Positions 34,209-45,718 of a DNA stretch of 64,000 bases are shown in pieces. Both the position numbers and the translations under genes were made by a program. The stretch is taken from positions 434,001 to 498,000 of the forward strand of contig OZ287080.1 in NCBI GenBank assembly GCA_965645245.1, in the 5' to 3' direction. This DNA is from Massalongia carnosa (Eukaryota). A model generated the notes under the pieces. It was not told where the DNA came from. It saw only the letters and a list, made by a program, of their open reading frames with translations, and did no database searches. The stretch's first letter is position 1, and every line of letters starts with the position of its first letter.

Positions 34209-34699
34209 CAGGATGGGCGGGTTGGTGAGTTATGCCGAGCAGCCACAATGGTCCCACTGCATTGCTCGGTGCGACAGACACGCTGTATTGATTATTGTTT
34301 AATCGGTATTCGCTCTGCCGGGGAATCTGGATTAATTACCGAGTATACTATGTACTTCGTACATCCTCTGTACCGGTGGATTGTGGGTACCCCGGTACTG
34401 CAGAGTAATTTATTCGGTATCATTCTTTCCGCCCCTCCCACCTTCGGATTGTCGGAAGTGTTACAAGAGGATGGGGGGCAAAGCAGGCGTAAGTACGCTG
34501 TAAGCGCATCTAAATACAGCGTACGAGTTACAGCGTACGAGTTGCAGCGTACGAGCAACAGAATACAAAGTACGGAGTACTTCCCCAGTCGGACAATAGC
34601 ACTGCCGTCGCCCTGCCTTGCCTCCCATCGCCTTCCCTAGTAACTTGTATTCGTAGTGCCCGTAGGCTGACTGACGTACTTCCTCCGAGGGAAGCTAAA

Positions 34700-34706
34700 A
34701 GAGAGA

Positions 34707-34747
<41 letters not shown>

Positions 34748-34900
34748 GAAGAGAGAGGAGAGAAGAAGAGAGACCGAAAACACATACCCCCCTCTACATA
34801 ATTCCTTTCCTCTGCCTCCCCCCCCCCGTTCCCTTCCCTTCCCTTCCCTTCCCTTCCCTTCCCTCTTCCCTTCTCTTTTTCTCTCCCTTTTCTTTTCTCT
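34700..34900. repeat. (AG)n microsatellite followed by (CTTCC)n polypyrimidine repeat
   Basis: Directly visible tandem repeats upstream of the Zn2Cys6 gene. Confidence 0.9.
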
Positions 34901-35150
34901 GTTACCTTCATCTCCATCTGTTCCCCTTCCCTTGCAGCTCGAAAATTTTCCCGTGATTCTGGTAACTTTTGCTTCTTCCACATTCTTGCCGCTCCCACTA
35001 CGACCCCCCCGTCGCAAAGTACGTATCAGACTTCCCGACCCTTTCCGCCCTTGCGCTAATCGCGTACTCGTACGATCCAGCTCCTCAACGCTGCACCCGC
35101 CATTTCCATTTCATTCCAACACCGTTCGACTGGTTTCTTCCTCCTACTCG

Positions 35151-37127
35151 ATGATTATGGATTCCATGGACACGTCCACATCGCTGCACGAGAATAGCAA
35201 TTCTTCGGCGAAGAGGAAGCGGAGCCTCTCCGTCGATGCGCCCCATCAACCCGCTCCTCCGATCAAGGTGGCAAAGACGCATGCGAATCATCTACAAATC
35301 AACTACCTCGCCCGGCAGTCTCCAGAAATCCTCCCGCTCATCACCACCGAAGATTCCCTGCCATCGCTGCTGTCCTTGATCGCCGACTATGACGGGGTGC
35401 TCCACCGGCACGAGAGCATGGCAGGCAATCTCGGCGCAAGGCCACTCGGACCGATCCTCATCAAGCGCTTCGAGCGACTGTTCGACGGACCGCCGAGAGT
35501 GCTGAAGAGTCATGGCAAGGAGGGCACCACGGTGGGATGGCTGGATGTGGTCGAGTTCGCCCGGAACAAACCGGAGCAGTTCAACCTCGAGAAAATGCGC
35601 GACGGCGTGCGGGTGTGCCAGTTCTACACCAAGCAGAGCCGAGTGGAAATCACCGAGGAGGATTACGTGCTGATTGCCTCGGGCATGCCGCAGAAGCTGA
35701 TTCCCCCGCAGCCAATCATGGAAGACGAGGAGAAAGAACTGGGGACGCTCGAAATCCTCGAGAAGAACCTGCTTCACATCGTGCAGCTGGCCGATCAAGG
35801 TGGGTCCCCTGGTCGACCGGAACGACGGTGGCTAACCAGGGCAGTATCGGCGCGCGCGCGTCAACTGAACCATCGGCTAAAGAACCGGAAGAACGCCATC
35901 ATCAGTCGCCGGGAAGCCGAACTCTCGCCCGAGGAGATGTCCACACGAAGTCCGAAGCCCTCGGCGCGCGTGGCCGACATGGGACAATCCACGTTTCAGG
36001 CTAACGGCGACCGTCGCTCGTCCGTGTCGCCGTCCGCGGGATTCGTCGCCGTCAACTCCCGACCGAACGAAACGCATGACGGCTACGCCCATGACCCGGC
36101 GCGAACGGCCAACGTCACCATCGTCAACGGTACGTCCCTCCACGGCGCGTCGGCAGCGACGCGCGCCGAGCTGCTCAGCAAATTCTTCACCAACAGCGAA
36201 CGCGCCACCCCGGTGGAGTACGAGCCATCGCGACGAGCCTCCGTTCCCGCCTCGCGCCCCTCGACCACGACCAAAGCGAAACCCGCGAAGCCGTCGTCCG
36301 AAAACATGGAATCCGCGCTCCTCAACTCCGCCTCCCCCGTCCCGATCCCCAACACCCCGTCCTCCCTGCTCCCCTACGTCAAACCCTCCCCCATGGACCG
36401 CTTCGACGACAGCGGACCCTACAAGGCCGAGATGGTCACGCGCATGGAACAGCTGCAGCGGGGCGACCGCATCCAACCCCCCTGCGACCGCTGCCGCCGC
36501 CTGCACATGGATTGCCTGAAGAACCTGACCGCCTGCATGGGCTGCACCAAAAAGCACGCCAAGTGCTCGTGGAAAGACGTCAACGACGAGGAGCTCCGGG
36601 AGAACCCATACGTGCCCCGCGCCTTCGGGGACGAAGGCGCCGCATCCGAGCCGTCGAGCGATCGAGAGGCCTATCAGAACCTGCCGACGCTCTCGAGCGA
36701 GCTGCCTCGGAGGGGATACCCGCGCGACGAGCGGCAAGGCGTTGCAGACGAGGAGCTGTTGGGCGAAGATCCATCCGCCGACGACGACGACGACGACGGC
36801 GACGACGAGGACGCGAGGAACGACTCGATCCCGATCGCCACGGCGGGCCGGTTGGCCGATACGCCTTCTGGCGGCGCCGCCGCCGCCGCCGATCCTGACT
36901 CCTTGCCGTCGAAAGATCTACGCGATTCCCCTCCTCGGGCGCCGCCGTACGAAAGCCGGCCCGGTTTCCAAAGCGTAAACGGCGCCGCGAGTGCTGTGCA
37001 CCAGGACCTGGACGCCGACGCGAGGCGAGCGGCACAGAGGGGGGTGTCGGAAGATGGGGATGGAGGGAGGGGGAGGGGGGTGTATGCGCCCACTGCTTCT
37101 TCAGCGGTCGCTGCAGCTTCGGTTTAG
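35151..37127 (+). CDS. Zn(II)2Cys6 cluster protein (putative transcription factor)
   Basis: It has CDRCRRLHMDCLKNLTACMGCTKKHAKC, the NLS-like KRKRS, a conserved-looking N-terminal globular region and an acidic tail. A probable 45-nt intron lies at 35800-35844. Confidence 0.85.
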   Translation: MIMDSMDTSTSLHENSNSSAKRKRSLSVDAPHQPAPPIKVAKTHANHLQINYLARQSPEILPLITTEDSLPSLLSLIADYDGVLHRHESMAGNLGARPLGPILIKRFERLFDGPPRVLKSHGKEGTTVGWLDVVEFARNKPEQFNLEKMRDGVRVCQFYTKQSRVEITEEDYVLIASGMPQKLIPPQPIMEDEEKELGTLEILEKNLLHIVQLADQGGSPGRPERRWLTRAVSARARQLNHRLKNRKNAIISRREAELSPEEMSTRSPKPSARVADMGQSTFQANGDRRSSVSPSAGFVAVNSRPNETHDGYAHDPARTANVTIVNGTSLHGASAATRAELLSKFFTNSERATPVEYEPSRRASVPASRPSTTTKAKPAKPSSENMESALLNSASPVPIPNTPSSLLPYVKPSPMDRFDDSGPYKAEMVTRMEQLQRGDRIQPPCDRCRRLHMDCLKNLTACMGCTKKHAKCSWKDVNDEELRENPYVPRAFGDEGAASEPSSDREAYQNLPTLSSELPRRGYPRDERQGVADEELLGEDPSADDDDDDGDDEDARNDSIPIATAGRLADTPSGGAAAAADPDSLPSKDLRDSPPRAPPYESRPGFQSVNGAASAVHQDLDADARRAAQRGVSEDGDGGRGRGVYAPTASSAVAAASV

Positions 37128-37129
37128 GG

Positions 37130-39340
37130 GGAGAGCAGGGTTGGATGGGTTGGGTTGGGTTGGCGTTGGTTTTGGCGTTTGACGGTTCCGATTCTGCCTA
37201 GGAAAAACGGGAGACAACGGGACCGTCTAAAAAGCGAATGAATGGATGGATGGATAAATGAGCAAGTGGATGAGCGAGCGAGTGAGTGGAAACGGGAAAA
37301 ATCGAGAGAGGCCTGGTTACAGGAGTTAGGCTTAGCGAGTCGCAGGACGACTGAGAGAGAGAGACATCAACAGCCAACTGGCTGGGCTCGTTTCGATCGA
37401 TCTTGTATTTGTTATTGCATACCTATGTAGAGTATGTTTTCTTCCTTTCCTTGGCACACTCGCCCGCTTGCTCGAGTCCATCCATCTCTCCTATTTCTCT
37501 TTGTTTGGGGAATCTTTCTTTCTTCCTTCCTTCCTTTCTCCTCTTCCCCTTTTCTTCGTCCATTCATCCACTCATCCATCCCCCCAACATCCCACACTCC
37601 CTCACCCACCCACCCATCTATCCATCCAACCCCCCCCCCCCCCCAATTTCACACTCACTCATCCACCCACCTACCCCCTCCTCCAAAAATCCCCAAACAA
37701 ACCACAACGAACCCAATCCAGTTTCGCGCACCCCCCCCCCCCCCCCCCCCCACAAGAATCAGGCCCCGCTTTCCCTGCTTTCCTCGCTAAATCCGATACT
37801 GTGACCGGGAAGGGGGGATGAGATACCTATGTTTCTTTCCAGCCAGCCAGCCAGCTAGCTATGTAGCGAAGGAGCGGGCGGGCTAGATATGTATATAGCT
37901 AGCTAGCTAGCTTTTATCAGTCGATTACTTATCTTGAGTTGAGTCGAGTTGAGTGGTGGTTTTTGGGGCTGGTTCGTTTTCTGGTGTATTCTTTTTGGGG
38001 GCTATATGTATGTATGCTTTTGGATATATGCTTGGATGATGGATCGATGGCTTTTTTGGTGGGGGAGGGGGGAACAAATCCCCCTCCTTCTCGTCCTGCT
38101 CGCTGTTCGGTGCTCTTTCGTTCGTTCGTTCATCCGTTCATTTATTTATTCATTGTCATCTTATGATCACCGAACAATAAATAATAAAAAACCAATAATC
38201 ATCTCTTCCCCTCCCCCCTACTCCACCGCACCGGGGCAAGATCAAGGTCCCCAGGCTCTATTCCCCCTCTTGACTTTCTCCAGAGGGGGGTGGATGGATG
38301 GATGGATAGGTATGAAGTGCGTGGGTGAGTACATACTTACATATGGTTATGTATATTGTGCTCGTGGAGGGGTAGTTGGGGGGGGGTTCTGGCTATTTAC
38401 CTATACATATATCTATTGTGGGTAGTTCGTTGAAAGAAAGAGAGGATTATGTGAGTGAAGGGAGGGGGATTTAAGAGACAAGAAGTGTTGAGCGGGCGAG
38501 CGGGCCGGGGCGATTGGAAATTAATCTGGGCAGAACTTCTGAATTGGATAGGCGCTGGTATTCTGTTACGTTTTGCTGCGATTTTTGGGGGAAAGGGGGA
38601 ATAAGAATGTATTTGTTAAAACTCATCGTATCTAGTTATCCTTTCTATCCATCCATCCATCATTCAATCAACTCATCTATCTGTCCCTCCATGCTTCCTC
38701 TCCCCGTTCCCGTGAACAAGCAGCTACCTACCTACCTATCCATCGCCGAGGCCCCCATCCCTATTTTATCCCCAAGGGAATTTCCCTCGGCAAGCGACAG
38801 ATCGCCAGAGACTAACGGACAGAGGCAGACGGGGAGAGGCAACCCCTGTTTGGAACTTGATACTTGAATGATTGATTGGCATCCTCCTTCTTACCAAACC
38901 GTAAGTCGGGGTGGTTATCGTATTATATAGAATACAGGTAATCGAGTGCAGACTCTCGCGCTGAATAGAGGACGAGGAAAGGAAAGATGGAAAGAGAGAC
39001 GCAGGGACGGGATTGGGCAGATAGTCACAAGTAGGACGGGCGGACAACTCGGAAAGTCTCCTCTCTTTGATCGGTGCCAGCCAACAAGCCTTCTGTCTCC
39101 ACTCTCGTCCATCAATTCAACAGACAAACAAATACCCAGCAGCAGCAGCAGCAGCTAGGCAGGCGAGAAAGCAAGCAAGCAAGCTGTCATTCTGTCAGTT
39201 AGTCCGCGTCGCATTCTCTTCTTCTTCTACTTTTTCTTTTCATTCATTAACGTGTCCTAAATGCTCCATTCTACCCTCTCCCATACTCGAATAGCCATTC
39301 CCCAAGCGCTGGCTAGCTAGCTAGCTAGCTATCCCCGAAT
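37130..39340. repeat. Low-complexity intergenic tract: poly-C/poly-G runs, (ATCC)n, (GCTA)n, (CAG)n
   Basis: C-runs at ~37630 and ~37730, GCTA repeats at 37853-37912 and 39312-39332, and CAG repeats at ~39137-39155. Confidence 0.8.
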
Positions 39341-39651
39341 AGACCAACGGATAGGGAATTTCCCGTTCTGTTTCGCTCTGCAAATCCTTGTTGCGTTGTC
39401 GAAAAGGTTCGGAATGGGTTAGGGGTGTTTTTTTTGGTGGAGTGAAGTGAAGTGTATAGTTGGATGTAGCACTTATACTCTAGTGGAGGCATATATAACT
39501 ATGTAAATGTCTTCGATAATGAAACGAGCTTCTTGAAGAGGGGTCAGATAGATATTTTTCAGTCTTTGAGCTGAAGATGAGATTTATTTTTCAAGAATAA
39601 ATAGATAGAGAATATAGTTTATAATAGCGCGTTTTCCAATATCGACAGAAG

Positions 39652-39802
39652 GATGAGGTGGTCTAGTGGTCATCAAGCCAATCGTTAATACTGAGGCGAT
39701 CGCTAGACGTGCCGTACCTGCTCGGGGTTTCAATTCCTTAAGGGCGAGTGGTTCAGTGCCCTTTTGCCATTTCGGACCCCAGTTCAAGTCCGGGTGTGAT
39801 TC
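39652..39802 (+). pseudogene. Degenerate intron-containing tRNA-like element
   Basis: A-box TGGTCTAGTGG at 39659, B-box/T-arm CCCAGTTCAAGTCCGGG (~39778-39794), partial acceptor stem (5/7 pairs), anticodon loop TT-AAT-A and a downstream T-run terminator. The D-stem does not pair. Confidence 0.5.
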
Positions 39803-41574
39803 TAGCTTTTCTTTTTTTGCATTACATTACTAAATTCTGTGGTCAAACACCTGGCCACTCATCTGATTCTACAACTTCACGCTCATGCCTGGGAATACTT
39901 AAACATCATCAGCTCATGAAATCGATTAATCGTCAACTACCTTCTGAGAAGATATTCCTCCTTTCCTCGCTTGATTTTAATCCTTGGCGTTAAACTCATA
40001 GGCCAATTGATCCGAAGAGAGAAAAGGTTCCCGCTACCTAACTACCTACCTGCTAGAGGCTTGGTGGGTAGGTAAGTAGGTAGGTACTCGGAATCATAAT
40101 GAGGTAACTAGCCTCTTTCTGTGTCATGATAGAATTTCTCTGAGAGTCGACGAGGTTGGTTTACGCTTGGGTTTCTATTTGCCTGATAAGGAAGGGCGTA
40201 AATTCTGCAGGAGATGAAGGACCATTTCTCAAAATTTTGGTTTTCAATGATGAAATACCTGGATAGTGACAATATCTCCTTCTTTCTCTCGCCCACAGCT
40301 ACATATCTACGTATATGTACCTCACCTGCCTGATAAGCGAGAAATCAATCCCTCGTTAAGATTTCCCCGACATCGAAATATGACTATCCCCCGAGTCTAT
40401 CTAACCGCGAACGAATAAAAAAAACCTTGCAGCAAATCAAAGCTCTTTTTCTGTTCTTTCTAAAAAAAAAAAAAAAATCCTGGCGTGTTTGATTCAGCTA
40501 GAATCCAAACCGTGAGACCTTTCCCTTCGTTCTTACTTATGCCTTTGGTAAGTGACAGGAACAGCCCTAACTAGTGAACCACTCTTCGCAGTAATACCGG
40601 AATGCACGCAACTCTGATACTTCTTAGGGTGTATATAGTTTCAATCGTGCTGCTGGGAAGAAGATATTCGGTTAAGCCTGAAAAACATGGCCGAAAACAA
40701 AGAGAGCAAAAAAATATTCTTGTTGAGAGAACGAACTCCATATAACTACCCAGGCTACAAATAATGCCGTGAAGGGATTCAAAGGGGTAGGGAGGAAGGA
40801 CCAAAGAAAACAAAAAGTCAAATACGATTGAATTCTACAAGTGGGGAAAGCTAGGTAGTTGGAAGCTGCATATGTGAGCCTTGTCAAAGTTTTAGAAAAA
40901 GGAGATTTAATCGGTTGTGTTGGTGGAAGAAGAAGAAGGGATACACCAAGTAACAACAAAGATCCATATCCCATAGCACAAAGCTCTTGTAGCAGCATTC
41001 GCAAGATCGTAAGTCCCTCATAGCCTAACTGAAAACCATCGATGTGTCACACTACTAATGGGGTTTGAATTTTATGGTCAAGGGACTTGAGCGAAAAGGA
41101 AAGATTCACGGATTGGGAGATAGCGGGAGGATTGGCTAATTGTGCGAAGGGGGGGTTGGAAAGGATCAGGAATGGAGGGAAAGTGGGTATGAAAGGCATG
41201 ATCAGGTTGAGTAAGGGGCTGGAGGGATGGTAGGAATAAGGGGGAGATTATATCTGCGGTATTTGAGAGGTGCGAATCTAGCTTGTGCTACTGGTTAGAG
41301 CGAGATAGAGTGATATGGTTTCATGGAAAAAAACTAATAAGTTGATTTGCGGCCTGAGCATCTGTTACCTAAAGGAGCGAAGTAAAGAGGATTCTATGGA
41401 ATTGGCCGTAAGACGCATAGTAGATTTCCCTGCGCGTAACAACAATTGTACTGTGAGAAGCAACCGAGATCGAACGCGTGTAGATCAGAATCCAGAGCAA
41501 GCTCAGTGAGTTTGATGCAACAATGCCCAACCTGATCTGGTCGAAAATGATGGGCCCATCTCATAGAGATATAT

Positions 41575-43112
41575 TTAAGAACGACTCAGAGAACGACTCT
41601 GTTTATGAGCGGCTTCCCAGGTATATGCATGCTCATCTTGGTAGTGTTCGGCTAGGTTGAACCTTTCCAACGTTGGACCATAAGGACAGTCCAGCACTTT
41701 ACAGCGGTATATAGAACGGTCCAAGGGAATATACTGGGGAGCTTCCGGATGCATTTTCTTGCGATGGTTGATCAGAGCTCTTTCTCTTAGATAGCCTTTT
41801 CCGTTAGTCTTTGGACAGCCTGAAAGACCACAGGGGAAGGGGGTTTCATCATGAACCCCACGCATGTGGTTGTTAAATTCCGCCAGGCTTTCAAACATCC
41901 CTTGCATCCGCCCATACAAAGAACGATCCAGGTACTGAGGACATCCAAAATAAGGGCAACCACTACATATCTTAGGGAAGAATTCATTGCATCTGGGCAT
42001 AATTTCCTGGTCGATATGCTGATAGTTTTGAAGGTGCTGTTTAAGATGATCTTTCCTCCGAAAGCCTTTGGACCCTTTATGTCGGTTACAATGAGAACAC
42101 GGGTATCTTGGTAATCCTGAGCTGTAGTTATCTAAGTGCCGGTTAAGGGTGTCGAGTCTTGTAAAAGCTCGTTCGCATTTACACATATAAGTAGCATGCA
42201 GCCGCATAAATGCGTGGCCAGCGACTTCAGCCTCGGAGTTAAAGGTCGTAGTACATTCAGTGCAGCTGCTCAACTCTATACGTCCGTGCTCCGTCAAATG
42301 GCTCCTCTCATGACGTTTTCGGTCCAGATTACTGTAAAATCCCTTTTTGCAATCTCTATTGTCACACACGAAAGGGTGGCCGCATCTCATCTGGCCATTA
42401 GAATATAGTACCGGATCCTGAAGAAAGCAGGCTGCACAAACATATTCACTTTCACCCGATTAGCTTTACAGAATACTGGAAGTTCATTCGGCGCCATACT
42501 TTCTACTCGTTAGCGGTCTTGCCAGTGCTTCTGCAGAGGCTCGGGGTTCTGGATTATACATCGAGAAAACATTTGTGGCAGAAAGACCGTTCTCGACAGC
42601 CATGCTGACGGGGGCCTCCATAGAGGAAGTTTGCCATGGAGATGTGGTTGTGAACGTGATCGGGTTGCCATTGTTGTGTATATTCGATTCTATTACGCAA
42701 CCATTGATATTAGTTTTTAACGTCCTTCAAGTACAAACTCGTCGAATGAATACGCACCTTGGGTGTACCACCCTGGAGTGCAATTATCATTGGTTGGGTG
42801 GACCTGATGTTTCTCATTGGAATTGTTTTGTTCGACGCTGGCGACTGAGTTGCCATATGGAAGACAGAAGCCCGGCGTGTTTTCTTCTGCCGGCGCTAAG
42901 GCTGGGGACCACTCAAAATTGTGATGAGCATTAAGAGATATGTATGGCGGCGGTCTTTGTTGTCTCACACCCTCTTTGTTAGCAAGTGCTAAAAAAAAAA
43001 CTCACCCGGCCCATGGTTCCTCATCAGATGATTGGAACACTGGGTCAAGGTCAAAGCGGCTGGCGTATTGATCCATGCTCTCGGGAAAGGGCGGCTGTGG
43101 GGAGTAAGACAT
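41575..43112 (-). CDS. Multi-C2H2 zinc-finger protein
   Basis: The 271-aa last exon has several C2H2-like fingers (F.CDNRDC...H..SH, CKC..FTRLDTLNRH, YPCSHC...FRRKDHLKQH, FPCGLSGC...H...H). The upstream exons from ATG 43112 (MSYSPQPP...) are tentative. Confidence 0.75.
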
Positions 43113-44028
43113 CCTAAAAGGAAAGCGGCGTGCAGAACGAGAAGACTGTGGTGCTGAAAATCTGGATTTGGCAAAGGAGTTTGGTGGTGGGCATGTTGGT
43201 GGGAGGGAACCTACTTATCCCGAACGTTGCTGGCCCAGTGCTGCTTTAAGCCTGCGTCGCGCATTGTCTGCAGGTGAGTAGAAAGAAGGGTGGGTGCAGG
43301 AAAAGGGTGGCAGGCACGAATCCTCCAGTTGTTGCAGCCGTCCAACAGATACTCTCCATTTGCGGTCTTCGATATCCTTGGTCGACTACGATTTCTAAGT
43401 TGAGAAGGCGCTAAGGCCTAAGGTCGGGGCCTGGAGAAGATGGTAGACCATTTCATTTTACCTTTTGGAAGGCAATGCTATACAGAGTACTAATGCATGC
43501 TTCTTCCTTAACCCCACGACTTCTGATGCAAAGGTTTCGGGTGTTCATCATGTATTGTTTTTCGTTTACAAACTAACAATATCATTGTGACTCTCCTATC
43601 TCTTAGTTATGTGGCTATGCTCTGTAACTTCATATTCTTGCAAAACTCCCTCAAGTCGCAAGCCCTTCTGTCGTTAAGGGATGGTATTTTCGAGCGTTGA
43701 AATAAAACTTCATAAACCGATCATGCTTTGTTACGTTCATCCTAGATCTCCTCCAATCTACCTTCATACTATTCAAATTCAGCCTTGCAGCCTCGGACAT
43801 GTTGGGATACTGCGTCACCCTAAATGATCAGGCCTGGCTTCTTCAAAAGAATCTGCTGGTTTGGTATTTAGCGCGTAGTTTTTCCAGTCATTCTATCTGC
43901 CTTTCACCTGCCCCTCAGCCTCGTGCTGTTGCTTTAATATGGATATTCTTTCTTCAAACACTCCCCTCATGCATCGGTGATACAAGCTATGCAACATAGC
44001 ACGACAAGCAATCAACCTTCCAACCACC

Positions 44029-45270
44029 ATGATGTCGCTGTTCTATAATCTAGCTCGGATCTTTTTTGGGGCAAATGTAGCCTTTGCAGGTGCCCCTCTA
44101 CCCGCCACGAGGATATCGTCCTCATACGATTATGCCGATGGGCCCTAGCAAGTTATACTAAGCTTCATTCATCACGCCTACGCCCAGACCTGATGTCAAT
44201 AATCGCCAAATAATCCCTCGCGACTCTACAAACACTTGCGGTTACGTGAGCGGTAACCCAGGTAATAAGTCTTCATGAATGGCCCATAAGTTGTGCAAAT
44301 CTCGGTACTAATGCAAGCCAACCCGTATAGAGTCTCCACTTGCTTGTACGCGCGGATACTCATGTGTCTCAAATGCAAACATTGTCTTTGGCTGGGCATG
44401 CTGCGATGAACTCCAATGCTTGGACAATTATTACACCTGTATCAATAGGGGTTCTACCTGCCATGATACATTTAGTATCTATAACATGGATGTTACGAAA
44501 TGCTCCAGTTATTGGACTTCTTTTTTGCTTTGGAAGGCCATCGTTCTTTCTTGATCGACAGTCTACGCTGTTGGCCAAACTAATCTCAGATGGTTTGCTC
44601 TAGCTCCACAGCTGCTCCCTCTTGCATGACGTATGCGTATTCGAAGTCTCTCAGTGATAGCTCAACTAAATATTCCTTTGGTTGCAGACAAACAGATGGG
44701 ACTATACTTGTGAGGGGAAATAGCACAACACCAAACGGAATTTCAAGAACGAGCTCTCAAGTGAGTCCAGCATCAGCCTTGAGCTTTTCCATCTCAGAGC
44801 CGACCATGGCGGTAGAGACGCCTCCGCCAGGTGTGATTATCCACGATGGACCATTAGTTACCACCTCAAGCGCCGCTATCTCAAAGTCTGTGCGGAAAGC
44901 TGATTCCTCATCTTCAACCTCTCCAGCTTTGCATGACGATAGCTCGTCTTTCGCGAACAACGGCCACGGGTTATCTTCCGGGGGTATTACAGCTATTATG
45001 ATACCAAGTATAGCAATCATTGTCGCTATAGTAGTTGCTTTGTAGAAGCGTGAGCAGGTGGTTTGGCTTATCACATGTGGCCGTTATGGCCAGAGACATT
45101 TTCAAAAGCCACGAAGCGTTGAAGAACCGCCGCCATATGAAGGCCACATGTCTTCTACGAGTAACGGGGGTGGGAACAATACTTCGTGGGCACGATATGC
45201 GTTTCCTTCGCAAGCCTTTACCTTCAATCTTCACAACTCAAATCAGAACAATTCTCCTTCTAGCGGCTAG
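44029..45270 (+). pseudogene. Cys-rich ectodomain / Ser-Thr stalk / single-TM surface protein with in-frame TAG
   Basis: Signal-like start, TCGYVSGNP, C..CC..C..C exon, S/T-rich stalk and TM GITAIMIPSIAIIVAIVVAL. TAG at 45043-45045 is followed by an in-frame KREQVVW...PPPY tail to 45270. The expected third donor site (~44533) lacks GT. Confidence 0.6.
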
Positions 45271-45718
45271 AAAACTCTTTTCGGATGCAATACCAGTCCT
45301 GTACCTCATGATATTAATGGGTTGTAAATAAGCCGGAAGTGTTCAATTTAAGGTCGGATTTTGCTATTCAATGGAGTCAAGGCATTCTTCTTCTTAGTAT
45401 TGCGCTCTTGATTTTTGCATTGTGTTCCGTGGATAGACACTATGAGACTATCAAACATATAAGGTTCATCTTGTACAAATCAACATTCCGTCGTGGATTT
45501 AAGGCCAAATAAGTGAGAGTAAATGAAATGGAGGTACACGAAGTACAAGATGATGGTAGGTACTCTGTATTAGGGACATATGCCGAGAAACATGCAAACG
45601 CGGGGGAAACAATGGGAATTCAAACGATTGCCATAATCCGGACATTGAAATGGCTCGGCTCGTCCCTGCCTTCAATTCAATGAATCAAACCGTGTCTTAG
45701 CCTCGCAAAGCATTGATC

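Noticed and set aside
12631..37093. Numerous long antisense or alternate-frame ORFs over GC-rich genes (e.g. 12971-13591, 23862-24452, 31993-32550, 35877-36737)
   Set aside because: They are shadow ORFs expected from high GC3 and have no domain signatures.
37403..38425. Pro-rich or Phe-rich ORFs in the low-complexity tract
   Set aside because: They are translations of homopolymer and microsatellite sequence.
40036..40086. Hairpin TACCTA...TAGGTA as a MITE or ncRNA
   Set aside because: It is explained by opposed (TACC)n/(GGTA)n microsatellites.
40571..41300. Hydrophobic minus-strand ORFs as a membrane protein or LINE relic
   Set aside because: No recognisable motif; the hydrophobicity follows from T-rich composition.
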